DNA of 64,000 nucleotides from Patescibacteria group bacterium. Lineage in GTDB: Bacteria > Patescibacteriota > Minisyncoccia > Ryanbacterales > GWA2-47-10b. The stretch covers positions 6,608 through 70,607 of the forward strand of contig JBBTQY010000015.1 of assembly GCA_038065475.1 (NCBI GenBank), read 5' to 3'. The stretch's first letter is position 1. Each line of letters begins with the position of its first letter. Shown here piece after piece: positions 38,455 to 48,657 of this stretch. A program made the translations under genes and the position numbers. The notes under the pieces are model-generated. The model saw only the letters and a list, made by a program, of their open reading frames with translations. It had not been told where the DNA came from and searched no databases.

Positions 38455-38853
38455 CTATAGTAGCATATTCTTGCGTCGCTCCAAGTAACTTTGGAGGATA
38501 ATAGCAGCGGCGGACGCATCAATAGCACCCTTGGTGCCACCCTGCCGCGTCACCTCGCTCGAAGAAAGAAATTCGTCCTCAAGTTCGACAGGAACACCGA
38601 ATGATTCAAGACTTTTTGCAAACGCGCGCACCTCTCCCGTCATGTCCGTATCGTGCATATCTCCAAGCGCACGGGGCAAGCCCACCACAATACGTGTCAC
38701 CTGTTCTTTTTTTACTAAATCGCCAATGTCATCGACAAGTCGCTTATTGTTCTCAAGAATTTTATGGGGAAATGCCATGGTGCCTGCGTCATCCGAGAGC
38801 GCAGTGCCTACACGCCTGCCACCGTAATCAATACCAAGCATGCGCATCATCAT
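38455..38853 (-). CDS. ruvX: RuvX/YqgF nuclease
   Basis: LGIDYG..RVG.A.SD, VVGLP, DE.LSS, DASAAAIILQ. Confidence 0.93.
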   Translation of the reverse strand: MMMRMLGIDYGGRRVGTALSDDAGTMAFPHKILENNKRLVDDIGDLVKKEQVTRIVVGLPRALGDMHDTDMTGEVRAFAKSLESFGVPVELEDEFLSSSEVTRQGGTKGAIDASAAAIILQSYLERRKNMLL

Positions 38854-38855
38854 AT

Positions 38856-39620
38856 CTACTCAACTTTCGTAATAATCTCTGATCCTCTTTTTGTAACCAA
38901 AAGCGTATGTTCAAAATGCGCAGCAGGTTTGCCATCGCGTGTTGACCAAACCCAGCCATCTTTACTCACTTTTATTTTTGGCGAGCCCAATGTCACCATC
39001 GGTTCGAGCGCTATCACCATGCCCTCGCGCAATACTTCGCGCGTTCCGCGCTCGCCCCAGTTTGGTATCTCGGGATCTTCATGTACCTTGTCGCCAACAC
39101 CGTGCCCTACGAGTTCGCGTACGACGCCGAAGCCCTCGCCTTCTACATATTCTTGAATAGCCGCGCCAATATCACCGATGTGCACGCCATCACGCACGAC
39201 GCCAATTCCAATCTCGAGTGCGCGACGTGTCACCTCAATTAGCTTCTTTTGTTCATATGAAATCTTGCCAACTGCCACAGTGATTGCTGTGTCGGTAAAA
39301 ATACCCTCATACTGCATACCAATATCAAGACCGACGATATCACCCTCGATAAGCGCGCGCTCGCCCGGGATACCATGCACTATTTCATCATTGACCGAGA
39401 CACAAAGTGTCGCAGGATATGCATGCTTGGTGCCATCAGTACGATAATCTTTAAACGACGGGCGCCCGCCAGATTTTATGATCAACTCTTCTGCGAGTGC
39501 ATCAAGCTCACGCGTAGTAACGCCCGGCGCCACACGTGCTCGCACAGCCGCAAGAACAGCAGCAAGCCGCTTGCCACCCTCACGAAGATTTTTTATTTGT
39601 TGATCGTTTTGTATGGTCAT
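38856..39620 (-). CDS. map: Methionine aminopeptidase type I
   Basis: CVSVNDEIVHGIP, GHGVG..VHEDP, EPM, AHFEHT. Confidence 0.96.
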   Translation of the reverse strand: MTIQNDQQIKNLREGGKRLAAVLAAVRARVAPGVTTRELDALAEELIIKSGGRPSFKDYRTDGTKHAYPATLCVSVNDEIVHGIPGERALIEGDIVGLDIGMQYEGIFTDTAITVAVGKISYEQKKLIEVTRRALEIGIGVVRDGVHIGDIGAAIQEYVEGEGFGVVRELVGHGVGDKVHEDPEIPNWGERGTREVLREGMVIALEPMVTLGSPKIKVSKDGWVWSTRDGKPAAHFEHTLLVTKRGSEIITKVE

Positions 39621-40309
39621 GAAGCGATGCTTTGTATTTTTTCGTTGACACGTTCGTGAATCTCTTCGGGAGTTCCTTCGCCTGCCACTTCGAGTACCGG
39701 TACACCAATTGCCACCGCAAACGGGACAATTTCTTTGGTATGCCGCAAATACTCAACGAGGCGTTTTTCGATAATATCTTCTTTATCGAGCACGCGGCGG
39801 ATAAGTTCGCCCCCGCATACAGGGCAAAAATCCATCGCGTCATTTTCTGGCGTCGAGATGAGCGGCTGGCCGCATTTTTTACATATGCGCCGGCGTGAAT
39901 TGCGACCGATAGAAACTTCTGGTGGCACTTCAATGTTTATGATCGCCGTCTGCCCTTCACCATAGATACTCGCGAGAAACGGTATGATAAACTCCGCCTC
40001 TTCTCGCGTGCGTGGAGACCCGGACAAGATAATACCAAGCCCTTCGTGCGCGATTTGCTTAACCCCGTCAGTGATGATCTGCATCTTGAAATGTGAACCG
40101 GTGAGATATCCTTTCTCAAAACGCTCGCGTTCAAGACGCACCTCGGGATCATTTTGACGCTTGGGATCGGCAAGTGCTTTTTCAATCGCACGACCGGTAT
40201 CAAAATGACGATACCCGCCGTGATTTTCCACAAAGAGATTTGCCTGCGTACCCTTACCCGCCCCCGGTGGGCCAATGAAAATGATAACCGCGGGGTGGGG
40301 CAACGTCAT
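39617..40309 (-). CDS. adk: Adenylate kinase with zinc lid
   Basis: GPPGAGKGTQA; CKKC...CPVC; located between secY and map. Confidence 0.9.
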   Translation of the reverse strand: MTLPHPAVIIFIGPPGAGKGTQANLFVENHGGYRHFDTGRAIEKALADPKRQNDPEVRLERERFEKGYLTGSHFKMQIITDGVKQIAHEGLGIILSGSPRTREEAEFIIPFLASIYGEGQTAIINIEVPPEVSIGRNSRRRICKKCGQPLISTPENDAMDFCPVCGGELIRRVLDKEDIIEKRLVEYLRHTKEIVPFAVAIGVPVLEVAGEGTPEEIHERVNEKIQSIAS

Positions 40310-40359
40310 ATTTTTAGTATTGCACGCCAAACGCCATTAGGCGAGTCTTTAGAGAAAAA

Positions 40360-40623
40360 CTACTTTTTGTAGACATCGTGACTTCCGACGGCTAGAAAAA
40401 CAGCCGCGTCTTTCTTCTCGTATATAAATACGATTCTTGTCTGATAGTTAACTGAAAAACTATATCTTCCTGCAAGACGCCCTTTGAGTTTGTGTACTTT
40501 TAATTGCTTGTGATTTTTTATATTTTTGAACAGCTCAAGCTTTTCTACCACTTCTTCCTGAAGTTCTTCTTCGAGTGCATTGAATTGGCGTATAAAAGTG
40601 GGCTTGAAACTAACTTGTATCAT
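40360..40623 (-). CDS. Type II toxin, RelE/YafQ/HigB family
   Basis: HKLKGRLAG.YSFSV....RIVF...VGSHDVY. Confidence 0.88.
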   Translation of the reverse strand: MIQVSFKPTFIRQFNALEEELQEEVVEKLELFKNIKNHKQLKVHKLKGRLAGRYSFSVNYQTRIVFIYEKKDAAVFLAVGSHDVYKK

Positions 40624-40829
40624 TTGAGTTTCTTGGCAAGCGCCCTCAAATCACCCCTCAAAGTGGGTTCTGTCTCCGCCTTGAGCACAGCCTCTACCGC
40701 CTCTTCTTCGGCAAGGAGTACGAGCGCGTGGCGAACAACGGCCGCTTTATTGGCTGCCTTTCCCAGTTTTACCTGCTTTTTTATAAATTCCTCAAGATGG
40801 GGGGGTACGGGTACTGATAGTGTAGTCAT
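40620..40829 (-). CDS. Ribbon-helix-helix antitoxin (ParD-like)
   Basis: LSVPVPPHLEEFIKKQVKLG...VVRHAL; 4-nt overlap with the toxin gene. Confidence 0.82.
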   Translation of the reverse strand: MTTLSVPVPPHLEEFIKKQVKLGKAANKAAVVRHALVLLAEEEAVEAVLKAETEPTLRGDLRALAKKLK

Positions 40830-40902
40830 GATAGTTCTTTATGATAAAATAATATGATATTATCATATATCTTGCGCGCAAGATCGTCAATATTCGCCGT
40901 CT

Positions 40903-41430
40903 CTACTTCCGTTCTTCCCTTGCTCGCCTCTCAAGTCCTTCCATATACTCATCTTTAAACTTACGATAAGCGCCGTAATCATCAGGATATTTTTCGTAAA
41001 GCCCCCTTTTCAATTGAGAGTATTTACTCACCTCGTCGGGGTGCCGACGTAGGTAATCTCTGATTACCAGCATTTCCTCAACATGCGGATGACTTTCTTC
41101 AAAGACATGAACATTAAAAATACTAAAACCGTCTTCCACTTTTCGAAAAAGATAAGAATCTGGTTTTATATATTCTGGTAAAAACTCGTACCCGAGAGTT
41201 CTCATCTGGACAACATATTTTTTTGCCGACGTAAGAACTTTGACAGAAATTACAATATCAATGACCGACTTCCCATCCATACCCGGAACAGCGGAGCTTC
41301 CGATATGCTCAATGGAAAGTGCGTCTTCCCCAAAGATTTTATTCAGAACTTTCGCTTCTTCTTCAAACAGCTTTGGCCAACTTGGATTATACGCTTGTAC
41401 GCGGTATTTGCGCCCCTCGTAGGAGTTCAT
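40903..41430 (-). CDS. GrpB family protein
   Basis: YNPSWP..FEEE, IEHIGSSAVPG..K.VIDI, RDYLR.HP, Y..LK. Confidence 0.9.
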   Translation of the reverse strand: MNSYEGRKYRVQAYNPSWPKLFEEEAKVLNKIFGEDALSIEHIGSSAVPGMDGKSVIDIVISVKVLTSAKKYVVQMRTLGYEFLPEYIKPDSYLFRKVEDGFSIFNVHVFEESHPHVEEMLVIRDYLRRHPDEVSKYSQLKRGLYEKYPDDYGAYRKFKDEYMEGLERRAREERK

Positions 41431-41506
41431 AGTAAATATGATAACATGAAAAAATTCCGATCTTGTTAGCGATCAAATGGCCAAGAGATTAGTCGGGTAG
41501 TGACAT

Positions 41507-42766
41507 CTAGTCGTACTCGCGAAGAGTCATCTGCGCGCGTACTTGCTTGATAGTTTCAATAACTACCGAGACAACGATAAGGAGTGCAGTGCCGCCAAGA
41601 GCCAGCGCTTGCGTACCCGTAATCGTTTGCATGGCGAGTGGGAGGACTGCGATAGCACCCAAGAAGAGTGCGCCCACCAAGGTAATACGCGTGATAAGTT
41701 TGCGAAGATATTCAGAGGTTGAAGGGCCTGGGCGAATGCCTGGGATAAAACCGCCTTGTTTCTGCAAGTTCGAAGAGATCGCGTCAGGATCAAAGGTCAC
41801 TGACGTGTAGAAATAGGTAAAGAGAAATACAAGCAAAAAGTACATGCCGCCGTAAATCCACTGATTGTTGGAGATCGTCAAAAGCGTATTACCAACACCT
41901 GCGATGGCAGGATATCGAGATGCCGCAAACATGTTGCCAATAAGTGATGGAAAAAGCAAAATAGAAATTGCGAAAATAATCGGAATAACACCGGCTTGGT
42001 TTACACGAAGCGGAAGATAGGTCGATACTCCCCCGTACATGCGCATACCACGCACGCGCTTGGTGTATGAAATCGGGATTGGACGCTCAGCCTCCGTAAT
42101 GATCACCGTACCTGCAATGATGAGTGGAGCAGCAATCAAGAACGCAAGAATAGTTGGTAACTGGGAGGCATCATAGGCAAAGAGAGTCTGCTGAACGCTC
42201 GAGGGAACACCCGCCACGATACCAGCAAAGATCAAAAGTGAAATGCCGTTACCAATACCGTATTCGGATACTACCTCACCAATCCACATGAGAAGCAGCG
42301 CTCCACCGGTAACAACAATGAGGTTGGTGATCAAGTCAAAAGCACCGAGCTTCGGGATAATATTCTGCTGCATCAAAAGTGCTAAAAGCGCATACCCCTG
42401 CAAAAACGAAAGAGGCACGGCAAGCATGCGCGAGTACTGATTGAATTTTTTGCGGCCTGTCTGACCATCTTCCTGATACATTTCTTTGAGCGATGGGAAG
42501 ATCATAGTGAACAACTGCATGATGATCGATGCTGTGATATAGGGCCCTACGCCAAGCATCACGATGGAGACATTATCGAGTGCGCCACCCGAGAAAATAT
42601 TGAGAAGTCCCAAAAAGTTGCTGCCCAAAAAATCAGGCCGCACGCGAGGATCAAATGCGGGAATAGGAATAATGGCAAGAAAACGAAAGAGTGCCAAAAA
42701 TCCGAGCACGACGAGGATGCGTCTCCGCAAATCTCTGTCTTTAAGTGCTTGCCACATATTTGCCAT
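41507..42766 (-). CDS. secY: Preprotein translocase SecY
   Basis: LGVGPYITASII, GIGNGISL, GVIPIIFA, FIPGIRPG. Confidence 0.98.
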   Translation of the reverse strand: MANMWQALKDRDLRRRILVVLGFLALFRFLAIIPIPAFDPRVRPDFLGSNFLGLLNIFSGGALDNVSIVMLGVGPYITASIIMQLFTMIFPSLKEMYQEDGQTGRKKFNQYSRMLAVPLSFLQGYALLALLMQQNIIPKLGAFDLITNLIVVTGGALLLMWIGEVVSEYGIGNGISLLIFAGIVAGVPSSVQQTLFAYDASQLPTILAFLIAAPLIIAGTVIITEAERPIPISYTKRVRGMRMYGGVSTYLPLRVNQAGVIPIIFAISILLFPSLIGNMFAASRYPAIAGVGNTLLTISNNQWIYGGMYFLLVFLFTYFYTSVTFDPDAISSNLQKQGGFIPGIRPGPSTSEYLRKLITRITLVGALFLGAIAVLPLAMQTITGTQALALGGTALLIVVSVVIETIKQVRAQMTLREYD

Positions 42767-42768
42767 AA

Positions 42769-43167
42769 TTATTTTTGAAGATTAGCGGAGATTTCGCAAC
42801 CTTTGATTGCAAACGCTGAAATGGTACCGGGGCCTACGATCTTAACAGCGGGAATTTTGCCACCGATACGCTTGATAAGCCCCCTCTTGTAGAGCTCTTT
42901 GGGGGTGATGACTTCGCCTTTCTGAAACTTCTTTGCGAGAGCAGAAAGTTTGATTGAGATTGAATTACGCGGAATAAAATACACGGCATGACCTCGGCGC
43001 TTTGGAATTTTCATGATAAGGTCGCGCATCTCAGGGCGAATGCGGCGACCTGCGCGTGCTTTTTGACCCTTGATACCACGGCCGGAAAAACTGCCGCGCT
43101 TGCCGCCTCTGCCAATACGTACTGCTTTTTTGCGGGGACTACCCGTTTTTACGCTGTGTAATTGCAT
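42769..43167 (-). CDS. rplO: 50S ribosomal protein L15
   Basis: RIGRGGKRG..SGRG.KGQKARAG; start at ATG 43167. Confidence 0.93.
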   Translation of the reverse strand: MQLHSVKTGSPRKKAVRIGRGGKRGSFSGRGIKGQKARAGRRIRPEMRDLIMKIPKRRGHAVYFIPRNSISIKLSALAKKFQKGEVITPKELYKRGLIKRIGGKIPAVKIVGPGTISAFAIKGCEISANLQK

Positions 43168-43666
43168 ATGGTCGTAATTGCTTGAGTGCCAAAATGGCTG
43201 CTCGAGCATTGTTAAGTTTATTGGTCGTACGCGACAAAAGTTTCGCACTCGCATTCTCGATACCAGCAAAATCAAGCACCGTGCGGATCGGACCACCTGC
43301 TACCAATCCTCTACCCTCGCGGGCCGGTTTCAAGAGCAAACGAGTCGAGCCGAGTTTTGCTTCAACCTCATAGGGAATTGATTTTGACTTGGTGATCGGT
43401 ACGACAATGACTGATGCACGAGCAACGCGAAGCGCCTTCTCGATTGATTTTGCGGTGTCATTGCCTTTGGCAACACCGACGCCGACGCGGCCGAGCTTGT
43501 CACCATAGACAACCGTCGCGCGAAAACTAAAGCGACGACCGCCCCTCATAACACGAGCTACACGACGAAGATCGATAAGGCGGTGATGCCCCTCTTCAGC
43601 CGGACGCTCTCTACGCGGCCTGTTTGATGGTCTTCCTCCTGACCGTTGTTGTGGTTGTGGTGCCAT
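43139..43666 (-). CDS. rpsE: 30S ribosomal protein S5
   Basis: RRVARVMRGGRRFSF, G.GLVAGG. Confidence 0.96.
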   Translation of the reverse strand: MAPQPQQRSGGRPSNRPRRERPAEEGHHRLIDLRRVARVMRGGRRFSFRATVVYGDKLGRVGVGVAKGNDTAKSIEKALRVARASVIVVPITKSKSIPYEVEAKLGSTRLLLKPAREGRGLVAGGPIRTVLDFAGIENASAKLLSRTTNKLNNARAAILALKQLRPYAITQRKNG

Positions 43667-43669
43667 ATA

Positions 43670-44017
43670 TTAGAATTCCAATCCTCCTTCGCGAGCCGCC
43701 TCGGCAAATGCGCGCACGCGTCCGTGATACTGATAACCTCCGCGATCAAATACGACTTTGGTGATACCTTTTTCTTTTGCCTTGTCAGCGATAAGTTTGC
43801 CAAGCGCACGTGCACGATCTTGCTTGGTGCCTTTGAGCTTCATTGCCATATCAGAAAGACCTACAATCGTGAGGCCTTTGGTGTCATCGATAACCTGCAC
43901 CTGAAGATAGCGAGAAGAACGAGAAAGTGCAAGGCGCGGACGTACATCCGAACCCGACACCTTCGCGCGTACGCGGCGGTGACGATTAGCAGTGCGTTGT
44001 TTTGCTGTCTGTTTCAT
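43670..44017 (-). CDS. rplR: 50S ribosomal protein L18
   Basis: RPRL, VVFDRGGYQYHGRV. Confidence 0.97.
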   Translation of the reverse strand: MKQTAKQRTANRHRRVRAKVSGSDVRPRLALSRSSRYLQVQVIDDTKGLTIVGLSDMAMKLKGTKQDRARALGKLIADKAKEKGITKVVFDRGGYQYHGRVRAFAEAAREGGLEF

Positions 44018-44022
44018 AGAGA

Positions 44023-44565
44023 TTATGCGCCCGATGACGCCTTCTTACCTGCCTTTCTGCGCACGACCTCGCCCGCATAGCGAATACCCTTGCCCTTGTA
44101 GGGCTCGGGTTTTTTGAGTGCGCGGATTTCTGCCGCGGCCTTTCCTACTGCGTCCTTTGAAATACCAGAAACCAAGATAGTGTTTTTCTCAACTTTGAGC
44201 TCAACACCATCGGGTGCAGGAAAAAGAACGGGGTGGGAAAACCCGAGTGCCAATTCAACATCCTTACCTTTTTGTGTGGCACGGAATCCTACGCCTTCAA
44301 TCTCAAGCTTGATATCATATCCTGCAGTCACACCCTTCACCATGTTGGCGATATGTGCGCGCATCGTTCCCCAAAGCTTGAGTGCTTCGCGCGTCTGATG
44401 CAACGGCGAGATCGTCACTATATTATTTTCTTGGGTAACACCAATATCAAAAGGAAGCGCGCGCTTGAGGGTGCCTTTCGGTCCTTTAACCTCCACAAAA
44501 CCAGCGGAGACTGCAACAGTCACGCCATCGGGAAGCACTACGGGTTGTTTACCAATACGACTCAT
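44023..44565 (-). CDS. rplF: 50S ribosomal protein L6
   Basis: MSRIGK, PEPYKGKGIRY. Confidence 0.97.
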   Translation of the reverse strand: MSRIGKQPVVLPDGVTVAVSAGFVEVKGPKGTLKRALPFDIGVTQENNIVTISPLHQTREALKLWGTMRAHIANMVKGVTAGYDIKLEIEGVGFRATQKGKDVELALGFSHPVLFPAPDGVELKVEKNTILVSGISKDAVGKAAAEIRALKKPEPYKGKGIRYAGEVVRRKAGKKASSGA

Positions 44566-44571
44566 ATATAG

Positions 44572-44967
44572 TTACCAAATTTCAAATAAAACTTCGCCGC
44601 CAACGCGTGCCTTGCGCGCTTCACGATCCGTCATCAAACCCTTTGAGGTAGAGATAACTTGTACGCCGTATCCATGCTTGATGCTATGGATCTCGCTCGC
44701 TCCGCGATACACACGGCGTGAGAGCTTTGAGATACGGCGAGCACCATCGATACGTCCTTCCCCTTCTGGGTTGTAAGCGAGGGTTACCTCGATGTAACGC
44801 TTTGCGCGCTTGCCTCGGCGATCAATCTTCTTGATGTAAGAAGATTGTTCAAGAACTTTTGATACCTCCCACAAAAATTTTGAATACGGAACAAGCGTCG
44901 TCTCGCGACGAGCAGCCTGTGCGTTCTTCACGCGTACCAAAAAGTCTGAAAGTGGATCTCTTACCAT
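44572..44967 (-). CDS. rpsH: 30S ribosomal protein S8
   Basis: DPLSDFL.R, STSKGLMTDREAR..VGGE. Confidence 0.97.
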   Translation of the reverse strand: MVRDPLSDFLVRVKNAQAARRETTLVPYSKFLWEVSKVLEQSSYIKKIDRRGKRAKRYIEVTLAYNPEGEGRIDGARRISKLSRRVYRGASEIHSIKHGYGVQVISTSKGLMTDREARKARVGGEVLFEIW

Positions 44968-45146
44968 GATGATTTTTTAATGCCCGGCAGCATACCTTCG
45001 TTGGCAAGTTCGCGGAAACAAATGCGACATAAGTCGAAATCACGCATATAGCCGCGTTTGCGGCCGCAACGAAAGCATCGGCGAACGATTCGCGTCGAGA
45101 ACTTTGGTTTGCGTGTTGCGCGTATGCGCACTGATGTTTTTGCCAT
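44961..45146 (-). CDS. rpsN: 30S ribosomal protein S14, zinc-binding type
   Basis: RCFRCGR...LCRICFRE. Confidence 0.96.
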   Translation of the reverse strand: MAKTSVRIRATRKPKFSTRIVRRCFRCGRKRGYMRDFDLCRICFRELANEGMLPGIKKSSW

Positions 45147-45174
45147 ATAAGGTCGCTCTAGTATACTGAAAAAA

Positions 45175-45714
45175 TTACTTTTTAGCAAGCGGAAACCCGA
45201 GCAAGCGAAAGAGGGTTTCTGCTTTTTCTTTCGACCCGGCGTTGGTTACCACCGTCACCTGAATGCTATAAATACGACGCACATCCTCACCGATCATCTC
45301 GGGGAAAATAATATTTTCGCGGATACCTACATGAAGATTGCCGTGCTCGTCTACCGATGAGAGCGGAATACCGCGGAAGTCACGCATGCGAGGAATAGCT
45401 GAATTTACAAAGCGATCAAGAAAATCGTTCATACGCTTGCCACGCAAGGTGACACGATAACCGACGAGTGAACCAACGCGCGTCTTAAATGATGCGATAG
45501 CAATGCGTGCTGGACGCTTTTGAGGCTTCTGGCCCGTTACCATTTCCAAGAAGCGCGCGAGCTCTTCGCGCTCTTTATCATCTTTGAGGCGTCCGACACC
45601 AGCGTTGACAATCACTTTGAGAACGCGCGGGACGGCAAAAATATTTTTTGTCCCATGTTCTTTTTGGAATGTCGGGAGCGCTTTTTCTTTATGTATTTCT
45701 GAAATTCGTTTCAT
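45175..45714 (-). CDS. rplE: 50S ribosomal protein L5
   Basis: TGQKP, VTLRG.RM, PRMRDFRG. Confidence 0.97.
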   Translation of the reverse strand: MKRISEIHKEKALPTFQKEHGTKNIFAVPRVLKVIVNAGVGRLKDDKEREELARFLEMVTGQKPQKRPARIAIASFKTRVGSLVGYRVTLRGKRMNDFLDRFVNSAIPRMRDFRGIPLSSVDEHGNLHVGIRENIIFPEMIGEDVRRIYSIQVTVVTNAGSKEKAETLFRLLGFPLAKK

Positions 45715-45723
45715 ATAATCTCC

Positions 45724-46041
45724 TTAGGAAAGACTTGCCTTACATTTCTTGCAAACGCGCGTCTTTGTACCATCATGCATCTCAAAACCCACGCGGGTTA
45801 TCTTGCTGCATGAAGGACACAAGACCTGCACATTGGCTGCCCATACTGGATGGTTTACCTTTACGCGCTGACCTTTTTCTCCCCCACGGCGTGGGCGAGT
45901 GTGGCGAGTCTTTTCATTGACACCCTCAACAACTATCTTGCCGAGGACAGGAAAGGTGCGAAGGATCTTACCCTTCTTGCCATGATCTTTTCCTTTCATA
46001 ACGACGACAGTGTCGCCTTTTTTGAGTTTAAGCGTATTCAT
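45724..46041 (-). CDS. rplX: 50S ribosomal protein L24
   Basis: KKGDTV...GKDHGKKG, VEGVN. Confidence 0.96.
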   Translation of the reverse strand: MNTLKLKKGDTVVVMKGKDHGKKGKILRTFPVLGKIVVEGVNEKTRHTRPRRGGEKGQRVKVNHPVWAANVQVLCPSCSKITRVGFEMHDGTKTRVCKKCKASLS

Positions 46042-46409
46042 TAGAGTACCTCCTGTGCGAGTGAAATAATCTTGGTATACCCAAGGTCGCGAAGTTCTCG
46101 CGCAATGGGGCCGAAGATACGACCGCCTCTAGGCTCGCCCTTTGCATCAATCACGACTGCTGCATTGTCATCAAAACGGATATACGAACCGTCTTTGCGG
46201 CGCAACGGTGCGCGCTGGCGCACGATAACCGCGCGGACGATTTCTTTTTTCTTGAGCGTTTTGCGGGGTTCGGCAATCTGTACTGATGCGATCACAATAT
46301 CGCCGATGCGCGCATAACGCTTGCGGGTACCACCGAGCACCTTGAACACACGGATGATGCGTGCACCCGTATTATCTGCTACTACCAATAGTGATCGTGG
46401 TTGTACCAT
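46041..46409 (-). CDS. rplN: 50S ribosomal protein L14
   Basis: VADNTGA, IRFDDNAAV, RIFGP. Confidence 0.98.
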   Translation of the reverse strand: MVQPRSLLVVADNTGARIIRVFKVLGGTRKRYARIGDIVIASVQIAEPRKTLKKKEIVRAVIVRQRAPLRRKDGSYIRFDDNAAVVIDAKGEPRGGRIFGPIARELRDLGYTKIISLAQEVL

Positions 46410-46418
46410 ATATCTCCT

Positions 46419-46664
46419 TTATTTCTGTTCCTTTACCGCTGTCCAACGCTTGTCGCGTGACATGCGCGGGATTGGCATCAAGGTGACCTTGTCCCCTTCT
46501 TTCAAAGAGTTGTCCTCGATGTGTGCTTTGTAACGCTTTGAGACACGCATAAATTTATGATACTTTGGGTGTTTTTTCAAGCGTGCAACCTCAACAACCA
46601 CGGTCTTTTGCATTTTGGCCGAGACTACCGTACCTTTTAATTTTTGGATGTGTTTGGTTGTCAT
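46419..46664 (-). CDS. rpsQ: 30S ribosomal protein S17
   Basis: GTVVS.KMQKTVVV, HPKY, YKAH. Confidence 0.96.
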   Translation of the reverse strand: MTTKHIQKLKGTVVSAKMQKTVVVEVARLKKHPKYHKFMRVSKRYKAHIEDNSLKEGDKVTLMPIPRMSRDKRWTAVKEQK

Positions 46665-46849
46665 GATTGTTTTTCTCCCAAAAGTGTGAGAATGCGTGCG
46701 CGCTCTCGCCTGAGTCCGCGCACCTCTTTGACATTCTTTGAACGTGCGCGAAGGTGGTGAAAGGTAGACTCTGCGATCTTTTGATTGGTTGATTTCAAAA
46801 TCTCGAGAAGTTCCGCCTCTGTTTTGGTTCGTAAATCTTTTGCTTTCAT
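46661..46849 (-). CDS. rpmC: 50S ribosomal protein L29
   Basis: MKAKDLR...RRERARILT; operon position. Confidence 0.92.
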   Translation of the reverse strand: MKAKDLRTKTEAELLEILKSTNQKIAESTFHHLRARSKNVKEVRGLRRERARILTLLGEKQS

Positions 46850-46858
46850 ATAATCTCC

Positions 46859-47272
46859 TTACCCGCGGGCTACGAACTTGATCTTGACGGGTAATTTGGC
46901 ACCGGCCTTGCGTATCGCCTCGCGTGCTGCTTCCTCTGAGATACCATCTATCTCGAAGAGTACGCGGCCTGGTCGTACGGGAAACACATAGTGGTCAGGC
47001 GCACCCTTACCGCCACCCATCGTTACTTCGGGAGGGCGGCGCGTGATCGGCTTGTCAGGAAAGATACGAATCCAGAGCTTGCCACTCTTTTGCATAGAAC
47101 GCGTGAGCACCTTGCGAGCAGCTTCAATCTGGCGTGAGTTGATCCACGCAGTACTGTCTGCCTTGAGCGCATACTGGCCAAAAGAAACTTTCACACCACG
47201 CGTCTCAACCGTGCGCTTGCGAGAACGACCCTTTTGCCATTTGCGATATTTGACCTTTTTGGGGACTAACAT
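46859..47272 (-). CDS. rplP: 50S ribosomal protein L16
   Basis: [29 protein letters not shown]. Confidence 0.98.
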   Translation of the reverse strand: MLVPKKVKYRKWQKGRSRKRTVETRGVKVSFGQYALKADSTAWINSRQIEAARKVLTRSMQKSGKLWIRIFPDKPITRRPPEVTMGGGKGAPDHYVFPVRPGRVLFEIDGISEEAAREAIRKAGAKLPVKIKFVARG

Positions 47273-47277
47273 ATGTT

Positions 47278-47940
47278 TTATTTATCTTTGTTATGGCCTT
47301 TCTTATCTTCGGCAAAAACTTCGCCCTTATAAAGCCAGACCTTGATACCAATCGTGCCGTAGGGCAAGATTGCACGCTCGCGAGCGAACTCTACGTCTGC
47401 ACGCATGGTCTGAAGCGGGATCAATCCGTCGCGAAGCCACTCGACGCGACCCATCTCAGAACCATCAAGACGGCCCGATACCTGGATGCGAATACCCTTG
47501 GCGGCACCCGAGGTCATCACCTTTTGAATGTTGATCTTGAGGGTGCGGCGAAACGGCAAGCGCTTTTCGAGATCTTGTGCAACGAGACGCGCGACGGAGG
47601 CCGCATCACCAAACGGATTGCGAACTTCTTCGATCGTGATGCGAAGATCTTTGATAGCAAACTTTTTGTGAATGTCTTTTTTGAGACGCTCAATCCCCTC
47701 GCCACCGCGGCCAATCAAAAGACCTGGGCGAGGTGTGCGAACGATCACCTGCATGGTGTTACGTGAACGCTCAATCTCGATACCTGAGATCATTTGGGTG
47801 CGAAGTTTTTTCATCAACCACTCGCGGAGGGTGACGTCTTCTTTGAGAAACTTCGTGTATTGTTTCGTATTAAACCAGCGTGAGCGCCAGTCACGAAGGA
47901 TACCGATTCTATGTGCGTATGGATGTACTGAATGTCCCAT
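47278..47940 (-). CDS. rpsC: 30S ribosomal protein S3
   Basis: [31 protein letters not shown]. Confidence 0.97.
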   Translation of the reverse strand: MGHSVHPYAHRIGILRDWRSRWFNTKQYTKFLKEDVTLREWLMKKLRTQMISGIEIERSRNTMQVIVRTPRPGLLIGRGGEGIERLKKDIHKKFAIKDLRITIEEVRNPFGDAASVARLVAQDLEKRLPFRRTLKINIQKVMTSGAAKGIRIQVSGRLDGSEMGRVEWLRDGLIPLQTMRADVEFARERAILPYGTIGIKVWLYKGEVFAEDKKGHNKDK

Positions 47941-47941
47941 A

Positions 47942-48304
47942 TTATTTTTTACCTCCTGACACTGGCTCTTGAGCCTCAAGTGTTAATGAAATATGACTCG
48001 TGCGCTTGCGGATAGGAAAAGCTCGGCCTCGCGCGCGTGGCATTGAACGCTTGAGCGTACGGCCCTCATCGACTCGAAAATCAGAGATGACAAGCGGCGT
48101 TGACTCAGCCACCTTAGCATTGTGACGGGCATTGGCAACCGCGCTGCGGATCAATTTTAAAATTGGCTCTGCACCGCGCTTAGGAAGAGTCCTGAGCTGA
48201 ACCTCGGCTGCACGCACCTCCATGCCTTTTACCATATCAGTAACCAAGCGCACCTTGCGGGGTGCGATACGAAGCGAATTGAGATATGCGTGAACTTTGG
48301 TCAT
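47942..48304 (-). CDS. rplV: 50S ribosomal protein L22
   Basis: RIAPRKVRLV, SAVANA, PRARGRA..IRKRTSHI. Confidence 0.97.
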   Translation of the reverse strand: MTKVHAYLNSLRIAPRKVRLVTDMVKGMEVRAAEVQLRTLPKRGAEPILKLIRSAVANARHNAKVAESTPLVISDFRVDEGRTLKRSMPRARGRAFPIRKRTSHISLTLEAQEPVSGGKK

Positions 48305-48309
48305 AAAAA

Positions 48310-48648
48310 TTATTTACCGGTACCAGCCTTGGCAGCTTTAGCAGCTTCCTGTTCTTTGACCTTTGCGGCCGCCTCGATTTCTTTCTGCATTTTACCGCCG
48401 TGACGGGTAAACTTGCGCGTGGGGCTAAACTCGCCCAAGCGGTGACCGACCATTTCTTCAGCGATTGTGACATTGATAAAATCTCTGCCGTTGTGCACGC
48501 CAAACGTATACCCGATCATCTCAGGAGAAATTTGCGAAGCACGCGACCACGTCTTGATAGCCGTCGTCTTTGCATTTGCTGGAAGCTTTTTGATTTTGAT
48601 CAAAAGCTTTGGGTCAATATAGGGTCCTTTTTTAATTGATCGTGACAT
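48310..48648 (-). CDS. rpsS: 30S ribosomal protein S19
   Basis: [25 protein letters not shown]. Confidence 0.98.
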   Translation of the reverse strand: MSRSIKKGPYIDPKLLIKIKKLPANAKTTAIKTWSRASQISPEMIGYTFGVHNGRDFINVTIAEEMVGHRLGEFSPTRKFTRHGGKMQKEIEAAAKVKEQEAAKAAKAGTGK

Positions 48649-48657
48649 AGTATCAGA

